DNA of 64,000 nucleotides from positions 63,876-127,875 of the forward strand of contig JBBCJB010000045.1 of NCBI GenBank assembly GCA_037190485.1, read 5' to 3'. Of the stretch, positions 40,532 through 50,104 are shown piece after piece. A program made the position numbers and the translations under genes. This DNA comes from Parapedobacter sp. GTDB taxonomy: Bacteria > Bacteroidota > Bacteroidia > Sphingobacteriales > Sphingobacteriaceae. The notes under the pieces are model-generated. The model saw nothing but the letters and a program-made list of their open reading frames with translations, made no database searches and had not been told where the DNA came from. How positions within the stretch are numbered: position 1 is the stretch's first letter; the number at the start of each line of letters is the position of its first letter.

Positions 40532-43500
40532 ATGTATTTGATCTTCGATACCGAAACAACCGGGCTACCAAAACGCTGGGATGCCCCCATTACCGATACG
40601 GACAACTGGCCAAGGTGCATACAGCTGGCGTGGCAACTCCATGACATCCACGGAAACCTGATGGAGCACGGCGATTGCTTGATCAAGCCCGAAGGCTTCA
40701 ACATCCCGTTTGATGCCGAGCGCATCCATGGCATTTCCACGGAATTGGCCACGGAAGAGGGCATCGGGCTGTCCGACGCGCTCGGTCGGTTCAACCAAGC
40801 GTTGGCCAAAGCAAAATTCGTGGTGGGCCAAAACATCGGTTTCGACATCAATATCATGGGTTGCGAATTCCATCGGCTGGGCGTCGCCACCCCGTTGAGC
40901 CAAATGCCAGTGCTCGACACCTGTACCGAGGTGACCGCCGAATTGCTTAAGATTCCGGGCGGGCGCGGCGGCAAGTACAAATTGCCGACCCTCACCGAAT
41001 TGCACCAATACCTCTTCGGGGTACCTTTTGCCGAGGCGCACAACGCCACCGCCGACGTGGAGGCGACGACACGCTGCTTCCTGGAGCTGGTAAAGCGGGA
41101 GGTATTCACTCCTGCGGAATTGCAGGTGGACACCGGGTACTTCGTCGAATTCCGCCAACGCAATCCGGGCCCCATCGCACCTGTCGGCCTGGCGCACGTC
41201 AACCTGAAGGCCGCTTCGGACGAGCTTCGCCAACGCCAACGCAGCACACAACAAACGCAGGTACCGACACATGACCTGGAGGCCAATCGACGCGAGATGG
41301 CGATGGCCGACTTCGTGCACCTGCATAACCACACGCAGTTTTCGGTATTGCAATCCACGATATCGGTAGGCGACTTGGTGAAGGCCGCGGCCAAACACCG
41401 GATGCCAGCCGTGGCCATCACCGACCACGGCAACATGATGGGGGCGTTCCACTTCGTAGGCGCGGTGCTCAATCACAACAAAGCCGCCGAAGCGAAGAAC
41501 AAGGCCGCCCTCGAAAAAGGGGAAAAACCAACGGAAACCATCATCAAGCCCATCGTCGGCTGTGAGTTTTACGTCTGCGAGGATCATACCGACAAGTCGC
41601 GCAAAGACAATGGCTATCAAGTCGTTTTCCTGGCAAAAAACAAGAACGGGTATCACAATCTGGCAAAAATGTCGTCGATCGCGTACACGAAAGGGTTCTA
41701 TTATGTGCCGCGCATCGACCGTACGGTGATCGAGCGCTATCGGGATGACGTGATCGTCCTGTCCGGAAACCTATATGGCGAAATCCCGAACAAGCTGCTC
41801 AACATGGGCGAAAACCAAGCTGAAGAAGCCTTGGTTTGGTGGAAGGGCACATTCGGCGACGACTTCTACGTGGAGCTCATGCGGCACGGACAAGAAGACG
41901 AAGACCGCGTGAACCAGAGCCTGCTCACGCTGGCCCGCAAGCATGGCGTGCGTGTCGTGGCCACGAACAACACCTACTACGTCAACAAGGCTGATGCGCA
42001 TGCGCACGATATCCTCCTTTGCGTCAAGGACGGCGAAAAACTGGCCACCCCAAAAGGGCGAGGCCGCGGCTTCCGGTTCGGGTTGCCCAATGATGCGTAC
42101 TACTTCAAATCGGGCGACGAGATGAAAAATGCGTTCGCGGATCTGCCCGAGGCCATCCTCAACATCGCTGAAGTGGTGGACAAAATAGCCCCTTATACGC
42201 TCTACCGCGACGTACTGCTGCCCAAATTCGAGATACCCGAGGAATTCCAGGTGGCCGCCGACCTGGAAGACGGGGGCAAGCGCGGCGAAAACAAGTTCCT
42301 CAAGCACCTCACGTATGTCGGCGCGGCGAAACGCTACCCCGAAATCACGGACGAAATACGCGAACGGCTGGATTTCGAGTTGGCCACCATCGAGCGGACC
42401 GGTTACCCGGGCTACTTCCTCATCGTGCAGGATTTCATCGCCGAAGCCCGGAATCTCGGCGTATCCGTTGGTCCCGGCCGTGGATCGGCCGCCGGATCGG
42501 CCGTGGCCTACTGCCTCGGCATCACCAACATCGATCCCATCGCCTATGACCTCCTCTTCGAGCGGTTCCTCAACCCCGATCGGGTCTCGATGCCCGATAT
42601 CGACATCGACTTCGACGACGAGGGGCGCGGACGCGTCATGGACTACGTCATCGGCAAGTACGGAGCCAACCAGGTGGCCCAAATCATCACCTATGGTACG
42701 ATGGCTGCGAAATCATCCATCCGCGATACGGCCCGGGTGCTCGACCTCCCCCTCTTCGAGGCCGACAAGATTGCCAAGCTCGTGCCCAACCTGAAGCTGA
42801 ACAAGATCTTCAACATGAATGCGCAGGAACTCAAGAACGCCCTGCGCGCGGAAGAACTGGAAAATGTGCAGCAATTGGTATCGATTGCCACGGGCAATGG
42901 ACCTGAAGCCGAGACCCTCAAGCAAGCGCAGGTACTGGAGGGATCGCTACGAAACACCGGCATCCACGCCTGTGGGGTCATCATCACGCCAGATGACATC
43001 ACCAATTTCGTTCCTGTTGCCACGGCAAAGGATTCGGACCTCTACGTCACGCAATTCGACAACTCGGTCGTGGAAAGCGCAGGATTGCTCAAAATGGACT
43101 TCCTGGGCCTCAAGACCCTTACCCTCATCAAGGACACCGTCAAGATCGTCAAGCATCGGCACGGCATTGCGCTCGATCCCGACGCTTTCCCGATCGATGA
43201 CATGAAGACCTATGAGCTTTTCCAACGCGGTGAAACCATCGGCATCTTCCAGTATGAGTCTCCGGGCATGCAGAAATACATGAAGGAGTTGAAGCCCACG
43301 GTGTTCGGCGACCTCATTGCCATGAATGCCCTGTATCGGCCCGGCCCCATGGAATACATCCCGAGCTTCGTTCGTCGCAAACACGGCACCGAACCCATCA
43401 CCTACGATTTGGACGCTTGCGAAGAGTACCTCAAGGAAACCTATGGCATCACGGTATACCAAGAGCAAGTGATGCTCTTGTCGCAGAAGTTGGCAGACTT

Positions 43501-44962
43501 CACCAAGGGCGAAGCCGATGTACTGCGCAAGGCGATGGGAAAGAAGCAACGGGACGTGCTGGACAAGATGAAACCCAAGTTCATCGATCAGGCTGCTGCC
43601 AAGGGACACAGCGCCAAGGTACTCGAGAAGATCTGGAAAGACTGGGAAGCGTTTGCCAGCTACGCCTTCAACAAGTCGCACTCCACCTGCTATGCCTGGG
43701 TGGCCTACCAAACAGCCTACCTCAAAGCCCATTATCCCGCGGAATATATGGCCGCCGTGCTCTCCAATAACATGAATGACATCAAGCAAGTGACCTTCTT
43801 CATGGAAGAATGCAAGCGCATGGGATTACAGGTATTGGGGCCCGATGTCAACGAGTCGTATTACAAATTCACCGTAAACGACAAAGGGGCGGTACGATTC
43901 GGCATGGGGGCCGTAAAGGGCGTGGGCGCAGGGGCGGTAGACACCATCGTACATAGTCGCAAAGACGGCCCGTACCTATCCATCTTCGACTTGGCACGGC
44001 GCATCGATCTTCGGGCGGCCAACAAAAAGGCGTTTGAAAGCCTGGCCTATGCCGGTGGTTTCGATTGCTTTACGGGTACCCACCGGGCGCAGTACTTCCA
44101 TGCGGACGGCGACGGTGGGCCGGTACTCGAAAAGGCATTGAAGTACGGTGCCAAATACAAAGAGAACGAAAACTCCGCCCAGGTAAGCCTGTTCGGTGGC
44201 GGCAGCAACATCCAGATCCCCGAGCCCGCGCTCCCGTTCTGCGCCGAATGGGGACTGATCGAAAAACTGAAATACGAAAAAGATGTCATCGGCATCTACC
44301 TGACCAGCCATCCATTGGACAATTATCGATTCGAAATCGACCATTTCTGCCAACACCCCGTAAGGCTGCTCACGTTGATCGACAAGGTCAAGGAGTCGGA
44401 GGTGGATGAAGAAATACGGACGGAATTCAACAGGATAAAAAACAGGGAGCTCACCATCGGCGGCATGGTGACGGCCGCCAGCCACCGCGTCACCAAAAAC
44501 GGCAAGCCCTTCGGCGTGATGATGTTGGAAGATTATTCCGATTCCTATGAAATCGCGCTCTTCGGTGAAGACTACGTGAAAATGAAGGGTTATCTACATG
44601 AAGGCTATTTCATCCAGGTGAAGGGCATCATCCAAGAACGCTATCGGCAAGCCGGAAACTGGGGATTTGAGGTAAAGGGCATGCAGTTGCTTTCCGACCT
44701 GCGCGACAAGCTTGCGAAGAGCCTGACCATACAGGTGCCGCTGCATGGACTGAGCGATCAATTCGTGAGCCGCATCCAGCAACTCGTCCATGTAAACATC
44801 GAGCAGCACGAAAACAAGACCTGCCAGTTGAGGTTCACCGTGCGTGACTTTGAAGCCGAGCTCAGCATAGACATGCCCAGCAAAGGCATGAAGATAAGCC
44901 CAAGCAATGATTTCATCGAAGCCTTGAAAGCGCTTGAAGGTGTCAGCTATAAGTTAAATTAA
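40532..44962 (+). CDS. dnaE: DNA polymerase III alpha subunit with N-terminal DEDDh 3'-5' exonuclease
   Basis: IFDTETTG...HNATADV (exonuclease); HLHNHTQFS (PHP); GPGRGSAAGS, PDIDIDF, LKMDFLGL, FNKSHS. Confidence 0.97.
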   Translation: MYLIFDTETTGLPKRWDAPITDTDNWPRCIQLAWQLHDIHGNLMEHGDCLIKPEGFNIPFDAERIHGISTELATEEGIGLSDALGRFNQALAKAKFVVGQNIGFDINIMGCEFHRLGVATPLSQMPVLDTCTEVTAELLKIPGGRGGKYKLPTLTELHQYLFGVPFAEAHNATADVEATTRCFLELVKREVFTPAELQVDTGYFVEFRQRNPGPIAPVGLAHVNLKAASDELRQRQRSTQQTQVPTHDLEANRREMAMADFVHLHNHTQFSVLQSTISVGDLVKAAAKHRMPAVAITDHGNMMGAFHFVGAVLNHNKAAEAKNKAALEKGEKPTETIIKPIVGCEFYVCEDHTDKSRKDNGYQVVFLAKNKNGYHNLAKMSSIAYTKGFYYVPRIDRTVIERYRDDVIVLSGNLYGEIPNKLLNMGENQAEEALVWWKGTFGDDFYVELMRHGQEDEDRVNQSLLTLARKHGVRVVATNNTYYVNKADAHAHDILLCVKDGEKLATPKGRGRGFRFGLPNDAYYFKSGDEMKNAFADLPEAILNIAEVVDKIAPYTLYRDVLLPKFEIPEEFQVAADLEDGGKRGENKFLKHLTYVGAAKRYPEITDEIRERLDFELATIERTGYPGYFLIVQDFIAEARNLGVSVGPGRGSAAGSAVAYCLGITNIDPIAYDLLFERFLNPDRVSMPDIDIDFDDEGRGRVMDYVIGKYGANQVAQIITYGTMAAKSSIRDTARVLDLPLFEADKIAKLVPNLKLNKIFNMNAQELKNALRAEELENVQQLVSIATGNGPEAETLKQAQVLEGSLRNTGIHACGVIITPDDITNFVPVATAKDSDLYVTQFDNSVVESAGLLKMDFLGLKTLTLIKDTVKIVKHRHGIALDPDAFPIDDMKTYELFQRGETIGIFQYESPGMQKYMKELKPTVFGDLIAMNALYRPGPMEYIPSFVRRKHGTEPITYDLDACEEYLKETYGITVYQEQVMLLSQKLADFTKGEADVLRKAMGKKQRDVLDKMKPKFIDQAAAKGHSAKVLEKIWKDWEAFASYAFNKSHSTCYAWVAYQTAYLKAHYPAEYMAAVLSNNMNDIKQVTFFMEECKRMGLQVLGPDVNESYYKFTVNDKGAVRFGMGAVKGVGAGAVDTIVHSRKDGPYLSIFDLARRIDLRAANKKAFESLAYAGGFDCFTGTHRAQYFHADGDGGPVLEKALKYGAKYKENENSAQVSLFGGGSNIQIPEPALPFCAEWGLIEKLKYEKDVIGIYLTSHPLDNYRFEIDHFCQHPVRLLTLIDKVKESEVDEEIRTEFNRIKNRELTIGGMVTAASHRVTKNGKPFGVMMLEDYSDSYEIALFGEDYVKMKGYLHEGYFIQVKGIIQERYRQAGNWGFEVKGMQLLSDLRDKLAKSLTIQVPLHGLSDQFVSRIQQLVHVNIEQHENKTCQLRFTVRDFEAELSIDMPSKGMKISPSNDFIEALKALEGVSYKLN

Positions 44963-45006
44963 TGTCAGAATGTCTGGAAGTTGGCATTGGCAATAATTTT
45001 GATGTT

Positions 45007-45014
45007 TACCTTTG
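45007..45014 (+). promoter_or_regulatory. -7 promoter element 150 nt upstream of trxA
   Basis: TACCTTTG. Confidence 0.6.
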
Positions 45015-45163
45015 CATAAGTTGGAATGTCCGGAAGTGGCCCGCTGCCGGTAGGCAAGGAAAGCCTGGACGCGAAGGCTCAACAGGAAGTAAATAATAGA
45101 GTAACAATACGCTAATGGCTGGTGATGGACCACCGGAGCCGCATAGCACAACTAACTAAAGTC

Positions 45164-45481
45164 ATGGCATTAGAAATCACAGACAGCAACTTCAACGAGG
45201 TGGTATTGCAATCAGACAAGCCCGTATTGGTCGATTTTTGGGCAGAATGGTGCGGCCCCTGCCGCATGGTGGGCCCCATCGTCGAGGAATTGGCCAAGGA
45301 ATACGACGGAAAGGCCGTCATCGGCAAGGTCAATGTGGACCACAACCCCGACATTTCCGTCAAATACGGCATCCGCAATATCCCGGCGCTGCTATTTTTC
45401 AAGAATGGCGAAATCGTCGATAAGCAAATCGGCGCCGTACCGAAATCGGTATTGGCCGACAAATTGGTGAAACAACTGTAA
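45164..45481 (+). CDS. trxA: Thioredoxin
   Basis: VDFWAEWCGPC; 105 aa; ATG at 45164. Confidence 0.98.
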   Translation: MALEITDSNFNEVVLQSDKPVLVDFWAEWCGPCRMVGPIVEELAKEYDGKAVIGKVNVDHNPDISVKYGIRNIPALLFFKNGEIVDKQIGAVPKSVLADKLVKQL

Positions 45482-45505
45482 CCAACAACGGTTTCACGCA
45501 CACCG

Positions 45506-45546
45506 AACATAGCCCTTGGTTTTGAATCAAGGGCTATGTTATTTTT
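45506..45546 (+). terminator. Terminator of trxA
   Basis: Perfect 13-bp stem AACATAGCCCTTG/CAAGGGCTATGTT followed by ATTTTT. Confidence 0.85.
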
Positions 45547-45559
45547 CGGGTATTTTCTG

Positions 45560-45567
45560 TATGTTTG
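45560..45567 (+). promoter_or_regulatory. -7 promoter element for rpoN
   Basis: TATGTTTG 15 nt before the ATG. Confidence 0.6.
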
Positions 45568-45582
45568 TGAAGTGAATAGATT

Positions 45583-47058
45583 ATGCTAAAACAGACTTTA
45601 CAACAAAAGTTATTACAAAAGCTATCTCCTCAGCAGATCCAGTTCATCAAACTGCTGCAGGTACCGACCGTGTCGTTGGATACCCGCATCAAGGAAGAAC
45701 TGGAAGAGAATCCGGCGCTGGAAGACATGAGCTTGGCCAACATGAATGAGCCGGTCGAGGAGTACCCTGACAAGGATCCCGACGACGATGGTTTTAGCGA
45801 CAACGACCAAACATCCGATTTGGACGAGTTCAACGTGGATGATTACCTGCAGGCAGACGATATCAACGACTATGGCGGCGGCCAGAATGGCAATGGCGAC
45901 GACGAAGACGACCGCAAGGAAATCCCGATAGCCGTCCAAAATTCATTCTTCGAAAACCTCCAGCAACAGCTGGACCTGCTCGCGTTGTCCGATAGGGATT
46001 TCCTGATCGGGCAGCAGATCATCGGCAGCCTCGATGATGACGGTTACTTGAGGAGGCCCGTGTCATCCCTCATCGACGACCTCGCTTTCGGGCAGAACGT
46101 GATCGCCGAAGAGCATGAAGTGGAGGAACTCCTGAAGGTCATCCAGGAATTCGACCCACCGGGCATCGGTGCGCGAAACCTGCAGGAGTGCCTATTGATC
46201 CAGCTCCGCAAGAAAGACCAGGAAAACGCCATCATCAAGAAAGCGATCGCCATCGTGGAAAACCACCTTGACGAGTTCACGAAAAAACATTACGACAAGC
46301 TGGAGCGATCGCTCAGCATCAATTCGGAGGAGCTTAAGGAAATCATCCATGAAATCCTCAAGCTCAACCCCAAGCCCGGTGACTCCGGGGCGGTGGCGGG
46401 CAAACAGCTGCACATCATCCCCGATTTCCACATCACGAACAACGATGGGGTGCTTCACCTCACGCTGAACGCGCGGAATGCGCCTGAGCTTCGCGTGAGC
46501 CGCTCCTACCAGGAGATGTTCGATCATTACGACAAAGCCGCGCAAAAAGACCGGAAAATGAAAGAGGCGGTTCAGTTCGTGAAGCAGAAACTCGATTCGG
46601 CTAAATGGTTTATCGACGCCATCAAGCAGCGGCAGCAGACCCTGCTCAAAACGATGAATGCCATCATGAACTATCAATACGAATACTTCCTGACGGCGGA
46701 TGAGCGTCAACTCAAGCCCATGATCCTCAAGGACATCGCGGACCGGATCGACATGGACATCTCTACCGTATCCCGGGTGGCGAATTCGAAGTACGTACAA
46801 ACCGAATTTGGCACCTTCCTGCTGAAGTCCTTCTTTTCGGAAGCCATCCAAACCGATAGCGGCGAGGAAGTTTCCAACAAGGAAGTAAAGAAGATATTGG
46901 AAGAGTGCATTTCCAGTGAAAACAAACGGAAGCCGTTGGCCGATGAGAAGCTCACCGAGATACTAAAGGAAAAAGGCTATACCATCGCCCGCCGGACGGT
47001 GGCCAAATACCGTGAAGCGATGGGGATACCGGTGGCCCGTTTGCGGAAACAGCTTTGA
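45583..47058 (+). CDS. rpoN: RNA polymerase sigma-54 factor
   Basis: Gln-rich region I, PLILK-like PMILKDIA...STVSRV HTH, RpoN box ARRTVAKYR. Confidence 0.97.
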   Translation: MLKQTLQQKLLQKLSPQQIQFIKLLQVPTVSLDTRIKEELEENPALEDMSLANMNEPVEEYPDKDPDDDGFSDNDQTSDLDEFNVDDYLQADDINDYGGGQNGNGDDEDDRKEIPIAVQNSFFENLQQQLDLLALSDRDFLIGQQIIGSLDDDGYLRRPVSSLIDDLAFGQNVIAEEHEVEELLKVIQEFDPPGIGARNLQECLLIQLRKKDQENAIIKKAIAIVENHLDEFTKKHYDKLERSLSINSEELKEIIHEILKLNPKPGDSGAVAGKQLHIIPDFHITNNDGVLHLTLNARNAPELRVSRSYQEMFDHYDKAAQKDRKMKEAVQFVKQKLDSAKWFIDAIKQRQQTLLKTMNAIMNYQYEYFLTADERQLKPMILKDIADRIDMDISTVSRVANSKYVQTEFGTFLLKSFFSEAIQTDSGEEVSNKEVKKILEECISSENKRKPLADEKLTEILKEKGYTIARRTVAKYREAMGIPVARLRKQL

Positions 47059-47092
47059 TAAAATGACATTTTTAACCAATTGATTACGAAGC

Positions 47093-47959
47093 ATGATTAA
47101 ATCTGTTGTCCTTCCCGCTTTTGCGGCGCTCGCCCTGTCAGGGTGCACAGGCGGCCAAAACACCGCGTCGAATGAGGCTCCGGTAACGCCCGAGCTGACG
47201 TACGTATGGAAAACCGACACGGTATTCACCGGGTCTGAATCGACCCTATACGACCCCCAGGGCGATGTGATCTACGTCTCCAACGGCAATACCAAGGCGG
47301 GCGAAAAAGACCATGACGGTTTCATCTCCGTAATCAATACCGACGGTACCGTCCGTGATCTCAAATGGGTGGAGGGCAACCTCCACGCCCCCAAGGGCAT
47401 GGCATTGTTGAATGGCAAGCTCTACGTGACGGACATCGACGAGGTGAAGATCATCGATGTCGCTTCGGCGGCCATCGAGAAATCCATTCCGATAGACAGC
47501 GCGGTATTCCTGAACGACGTGGCGACCGACGGCCAACAGATCTATTTTTCGGATAGCCGTACGGGAACGATATACGTGATGGCGACCGATGGCAGCTACC
47601 GAATCGTATCGACCACCAACAAAGGCGTGAATGGCCTTGAATGCCATGACGGACAACTCTACGCCTTGGATGGCGAGGGGTTGAAGAAATTCAGCAAGGA
47701 CGGCGCGTACGACCAGGAAGTCATCAACACCACGGTCACGGGTGGCGACGGCTTGGTCATCCTCAACGACAGCACGTTCGTAGCCAGCCGTTGGCATGGC
47801 GAGATCTTCTTCATCCGCGGCAGCGAGACGTCGGTACTGCTAGACACCCAAGGGGAGAAATCTAACACCGCCGATATCGGTTTCGTACCGGGCCAGCACT
47901 TGGTCATTGTGCCAACGTTCCTCAAAAACGAGGTCGCGGCTTACAAATTGACTTTTTAG
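47093..47959 (+). CDS. Beta-propeller lipoprotein (SMP-30/gluconolactonase-like)
   Basis: Lipobox LSG-C; blade repeats ES..YD...IYVSN, APKGM, FLNDV, NGL, GGDG, ADIGF. Confidence 0.75.
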   Translation: MIKSVVLPAFAALALSGCTGGQNTASNEAPVTPELTYVWKTDTVFTGSESTLYDPQGDVIYVSNGNTKAGEKDHDGFISVINTDGTVRDLKWVEGNLHAPKGMALLNGKLYVTDIDEVKIIDVASAAIEKSIPIDSAVFLNDVATDGQQIYFSDSRTGTIYVMATDGSYRIVSTTNKGVNGLECHDGQLYALDGEGLKKFSKDGAYDQEVINTTVTGGDGLVILNDSTFVASRWHGEIFFIRGSETSVLLDTQGEKSNTADIGFVPGQHLVIVPTFLKNEVAAYKLTF

Positions 47960-48096
47960 CGGTGCCCTGTAGCGGTTCATGATCCTACCCGTTTTCGGGG
48001 TGTCGTGTCGCCCCTGACCGACCGATAGCACGGCACCCATCCAACTGAACGGTTTTTCGAAACCTGTTCGGGTTTCCGGTGTTTATAATTTAGTCG

Positions 48097-48104
48097 TACC
48101 TTTG
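48097..48104 (+). promoter_or_regulatory. -7 promoter element for aguB-aguA
   Basis: TACCTTTG 23 nt before the ATG. Confidence 0.65.
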
Positions 48105-48127
48105 CGGCAAAAAGAAAATAGCACGTC

Positions 48128-49015
48128 ATGACGAACGTTAAGATAGGAACTGTGCAGATGAGTTGCGTGGCGGACAAGGCCACGAACCTTGAAAATGCGG
48201 TGAATCAGATTCGCGTAGCCGCCGCGCAAGGTGCCCAAATCATCTGCTTACAAGAATTGTTCACTTCGCTCTATTTCTGCGACGTGGAAGACTACGACAA
48301 TTTTAAGCTGGCCGAACCGATTCCAGGCCCTGCCACCGACGAATTGCAGCGCGTGGCCGCCGAGCTGGGCGTGGTCATCATCGCCTCGCTGTTTGAAAAA
48401 CGTACGCATGGGCTATACCACAATACCACGGCCGTAATCGATGCCGATGGCTCGTACCTCGGCAAATACCGAAAAATGCACATTCCGGACGACCCCGCCT
48501 ATTACGAGAAATTCTATTTCACGCCCGGCGATTTGGGCTACAAGGTTTTCGAGACCAAGTTTGCCACGATTGGGGTGCTGATATGCTGGGATCAATGGTA
48601 TCCCGAGGCAGCGCGCATCACCGCGTTGATGGGGGCACAGCTCTTGTTCTTTCCTACGGCCATCGGCTGGGCCACCGATCAGGATGAAGACACCAACCAA
48701 GATCAGTACAATGCTTGGCAGACCATCCAACGCAGCCATTCGGTGGCCAACGGCGTCCCCGTGATCAGCGTGAACCGGGTGGGATTCGAGCAAAACGGCG
48801 CCATGAAGTTCTGGGGCGGCAGCTTCGTGACCAATGCGCAAGGCAAACTGCTTTATCTAGCCTCGCACGATGCCGAGGAAACCGAAGTCACGGAAGTTGA
48901 CCTGACACAATCGGATTACATCCGCATGCATTGGCCGTTCCTGCGCGACCGCCGGATCGACAGCTATCACCCCATCACCAAGCGATTCATCGATCAGGAG
49001 GCGCGAATTCATTGA
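48128..49015 (+). CDS. aguB: Carbon-nitrogen hydrolase, probable N-carbamoylputrescine amidase
   Basis: Triad LQELF, YRKMHIPDDPAYYEKFYFTPGD, LICWDQWYPE; adjacent to agmatine deiminase. Confidence 0.85.
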   Translation: MTNVKIGTVQMSCVADKATNLENAVNQIRVAAAQGAQIICLQELFTSLYFCDVEDYDNFKLAEPIPGPATDELQRVAAELGVVIIASLFEKRTHGLYHNTTAVIDADGSYLGKYRKMHIPDDPAYYEKFYFTPGDLGYKVFETKFATIGVLICWDQWYPEAARITALMGAQLLFFPTAIGWATDQDEDTNQDQYNAWQTIQRSHSVANGVPVISVNRVGFEQNGAMKFWGGSFVTNAQGKLLYLASHDAEETEVTEVDLTQSDYIRMHWPFLRDRRIDSYHPITKRFIDQEARIH

Positions 49016-49029
49016 CGTATTTACGCAAC

Positions 49030-50082
49030 ATGACGAGGCCGACACCAAAAGAGTTAGGTTACTTTTTCCCTGCTGAATGGCACCCGCATCGGGCAACATG
49101 GTTGAGCTGGCCACACAAAGAGGCGAGTTGGCCGGGCAAGCTCGACGCGGTTTATGCCCCGTACTGCCAATTCATCGACGTCGTTTCGCGAGGCGAGTTG
49201 GTATGCATCAACGTGGCCGATCAAGCCATGGAACATGCGGCATCCAAACACCTGGTTGCCGCCGGCATCGACCTGGAGCGCATCCGGTTCTACCACCATC
49301 CCACCGATGATGCGTGGTGCCGCGACCACGGACCGGCATTCCTGATCAATCCACGGGCGGACATCAAAAAAGTAATCGTGGATTGGGGGTACAATGCCTG
49401 GGGTGGCAAATACCCCCCCTACGCACAGGATGACGTTGTGCCCACCATGGTGGGTCGCTCGTTAGCCCTACCTGTCCATCACCCGGGCATCGTCATGGAA
49501 GGCGGTTCGGTCGATTTCAATGGGAACGGGACGATCCTAACCACCACGGCCTGCCTATTGAACGAGAATCGTAACCCCCACCTCAACCAACACCAAATCG
49601 AGGAATACCTATGCGCTTACTATGGCGCTTCCCAAATCCTTTGGCTTGGCGAGGGTATCGTGGGCGACGATACGGATGGCCACATCGATGACATCACGCG
49701 TTTCGTGAATCCGGATACCGTCGTTACCGTCATTGAAGAAAATCGTTCCGATGAAAACTTCGCCATCTTGCAGGAGAATCTCCGTTCGCTCCAAAAAATG
49801 CGGCTATCGAACGGCAAGCAACTCGATGTCGTCGAATTGCCCATGCCCGCGCCGGTGGAACACGACGGGCAACGGCTCCCCGCTTCGTATGCCAATTTCT
49901 ACATCGCCAATGCCGCGGTGGTGGTTCCCACCTACCGCGACGATAAAAACGACCAAAAAGCATTGGATATCCTATCCGAGTGCTTTCCGGATCGGGATGT
50001 CGTTGGCATTGACAGCACGGATGTCATCTGGGGCTTGGGCAGCTGGCATTGCCTGAGCCAGCAGGAACCTGAAATATCGTAA
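49030..50082 (+). CDS. aguA: Agmatine deiminase (PPAD family)
   Basis: FPAEW, WCRDHGP, FNAWG-like YNAWGGKY, EGGS, DDTDGHID, ASYANFY, GSWHCLSQQEP; ATG at 49030. Confidence 0.92.
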   Translation: MTRPTPKELGYFFPAEWHPHRATWLSWPHKEASWPGKLDAVYAPYCQFIDVVSRGELVCINVADQAMEHAASKHLVAAGIDLERIRFYHHPTDDAWCRDHGPAFLINPRADIKKVIVDWGYNAWGGKYPPYAQDDVVPTMVGRSLALPVHHPGIVMEGGSVDFNGNGTILTTTACLLNENRNPHLNQHQIEEYLCAYYGASQILWLGEGIVGDDTDGHIDDITRFVNPDTVVTVIEENRSDENFAILQENLRSLQKMRLSNGKQLDVVELPMPAPVEHDGQRLPASYANFYIANAAVVVPTYRDDKNDQKALDILSECFPDRDVVGIDSTDVIWGLGSWHCLSQQEPEIS

Positions 50083-50104
50083 TATCAAGGCCAGTTTCAA
50101 ACAT

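Noticed and set aside
40532-41150. Exonuclease domain fused to DnaE as a novelty
   Set aside because: This is a known feature of Bacteroidota DnaE proteins
44988-45002. TGGCA-N6-TTGA as a sigma-54 promoter near rpoN
   Set aside because: It mismatches the conserved -12 GC, and a good TAnnTTTG element lies immediately downstream
45026-45080. Resemblance of GTCCGGAAG to SRP RNA and of GGCAA..GAAA..GGACGCGAAG to a c-di-GMP-I riboswitch
   Set aside because: The SRP GGAAGCAGC continuation and the riboswitch P2 stem are missing; an Infernal search would settle it
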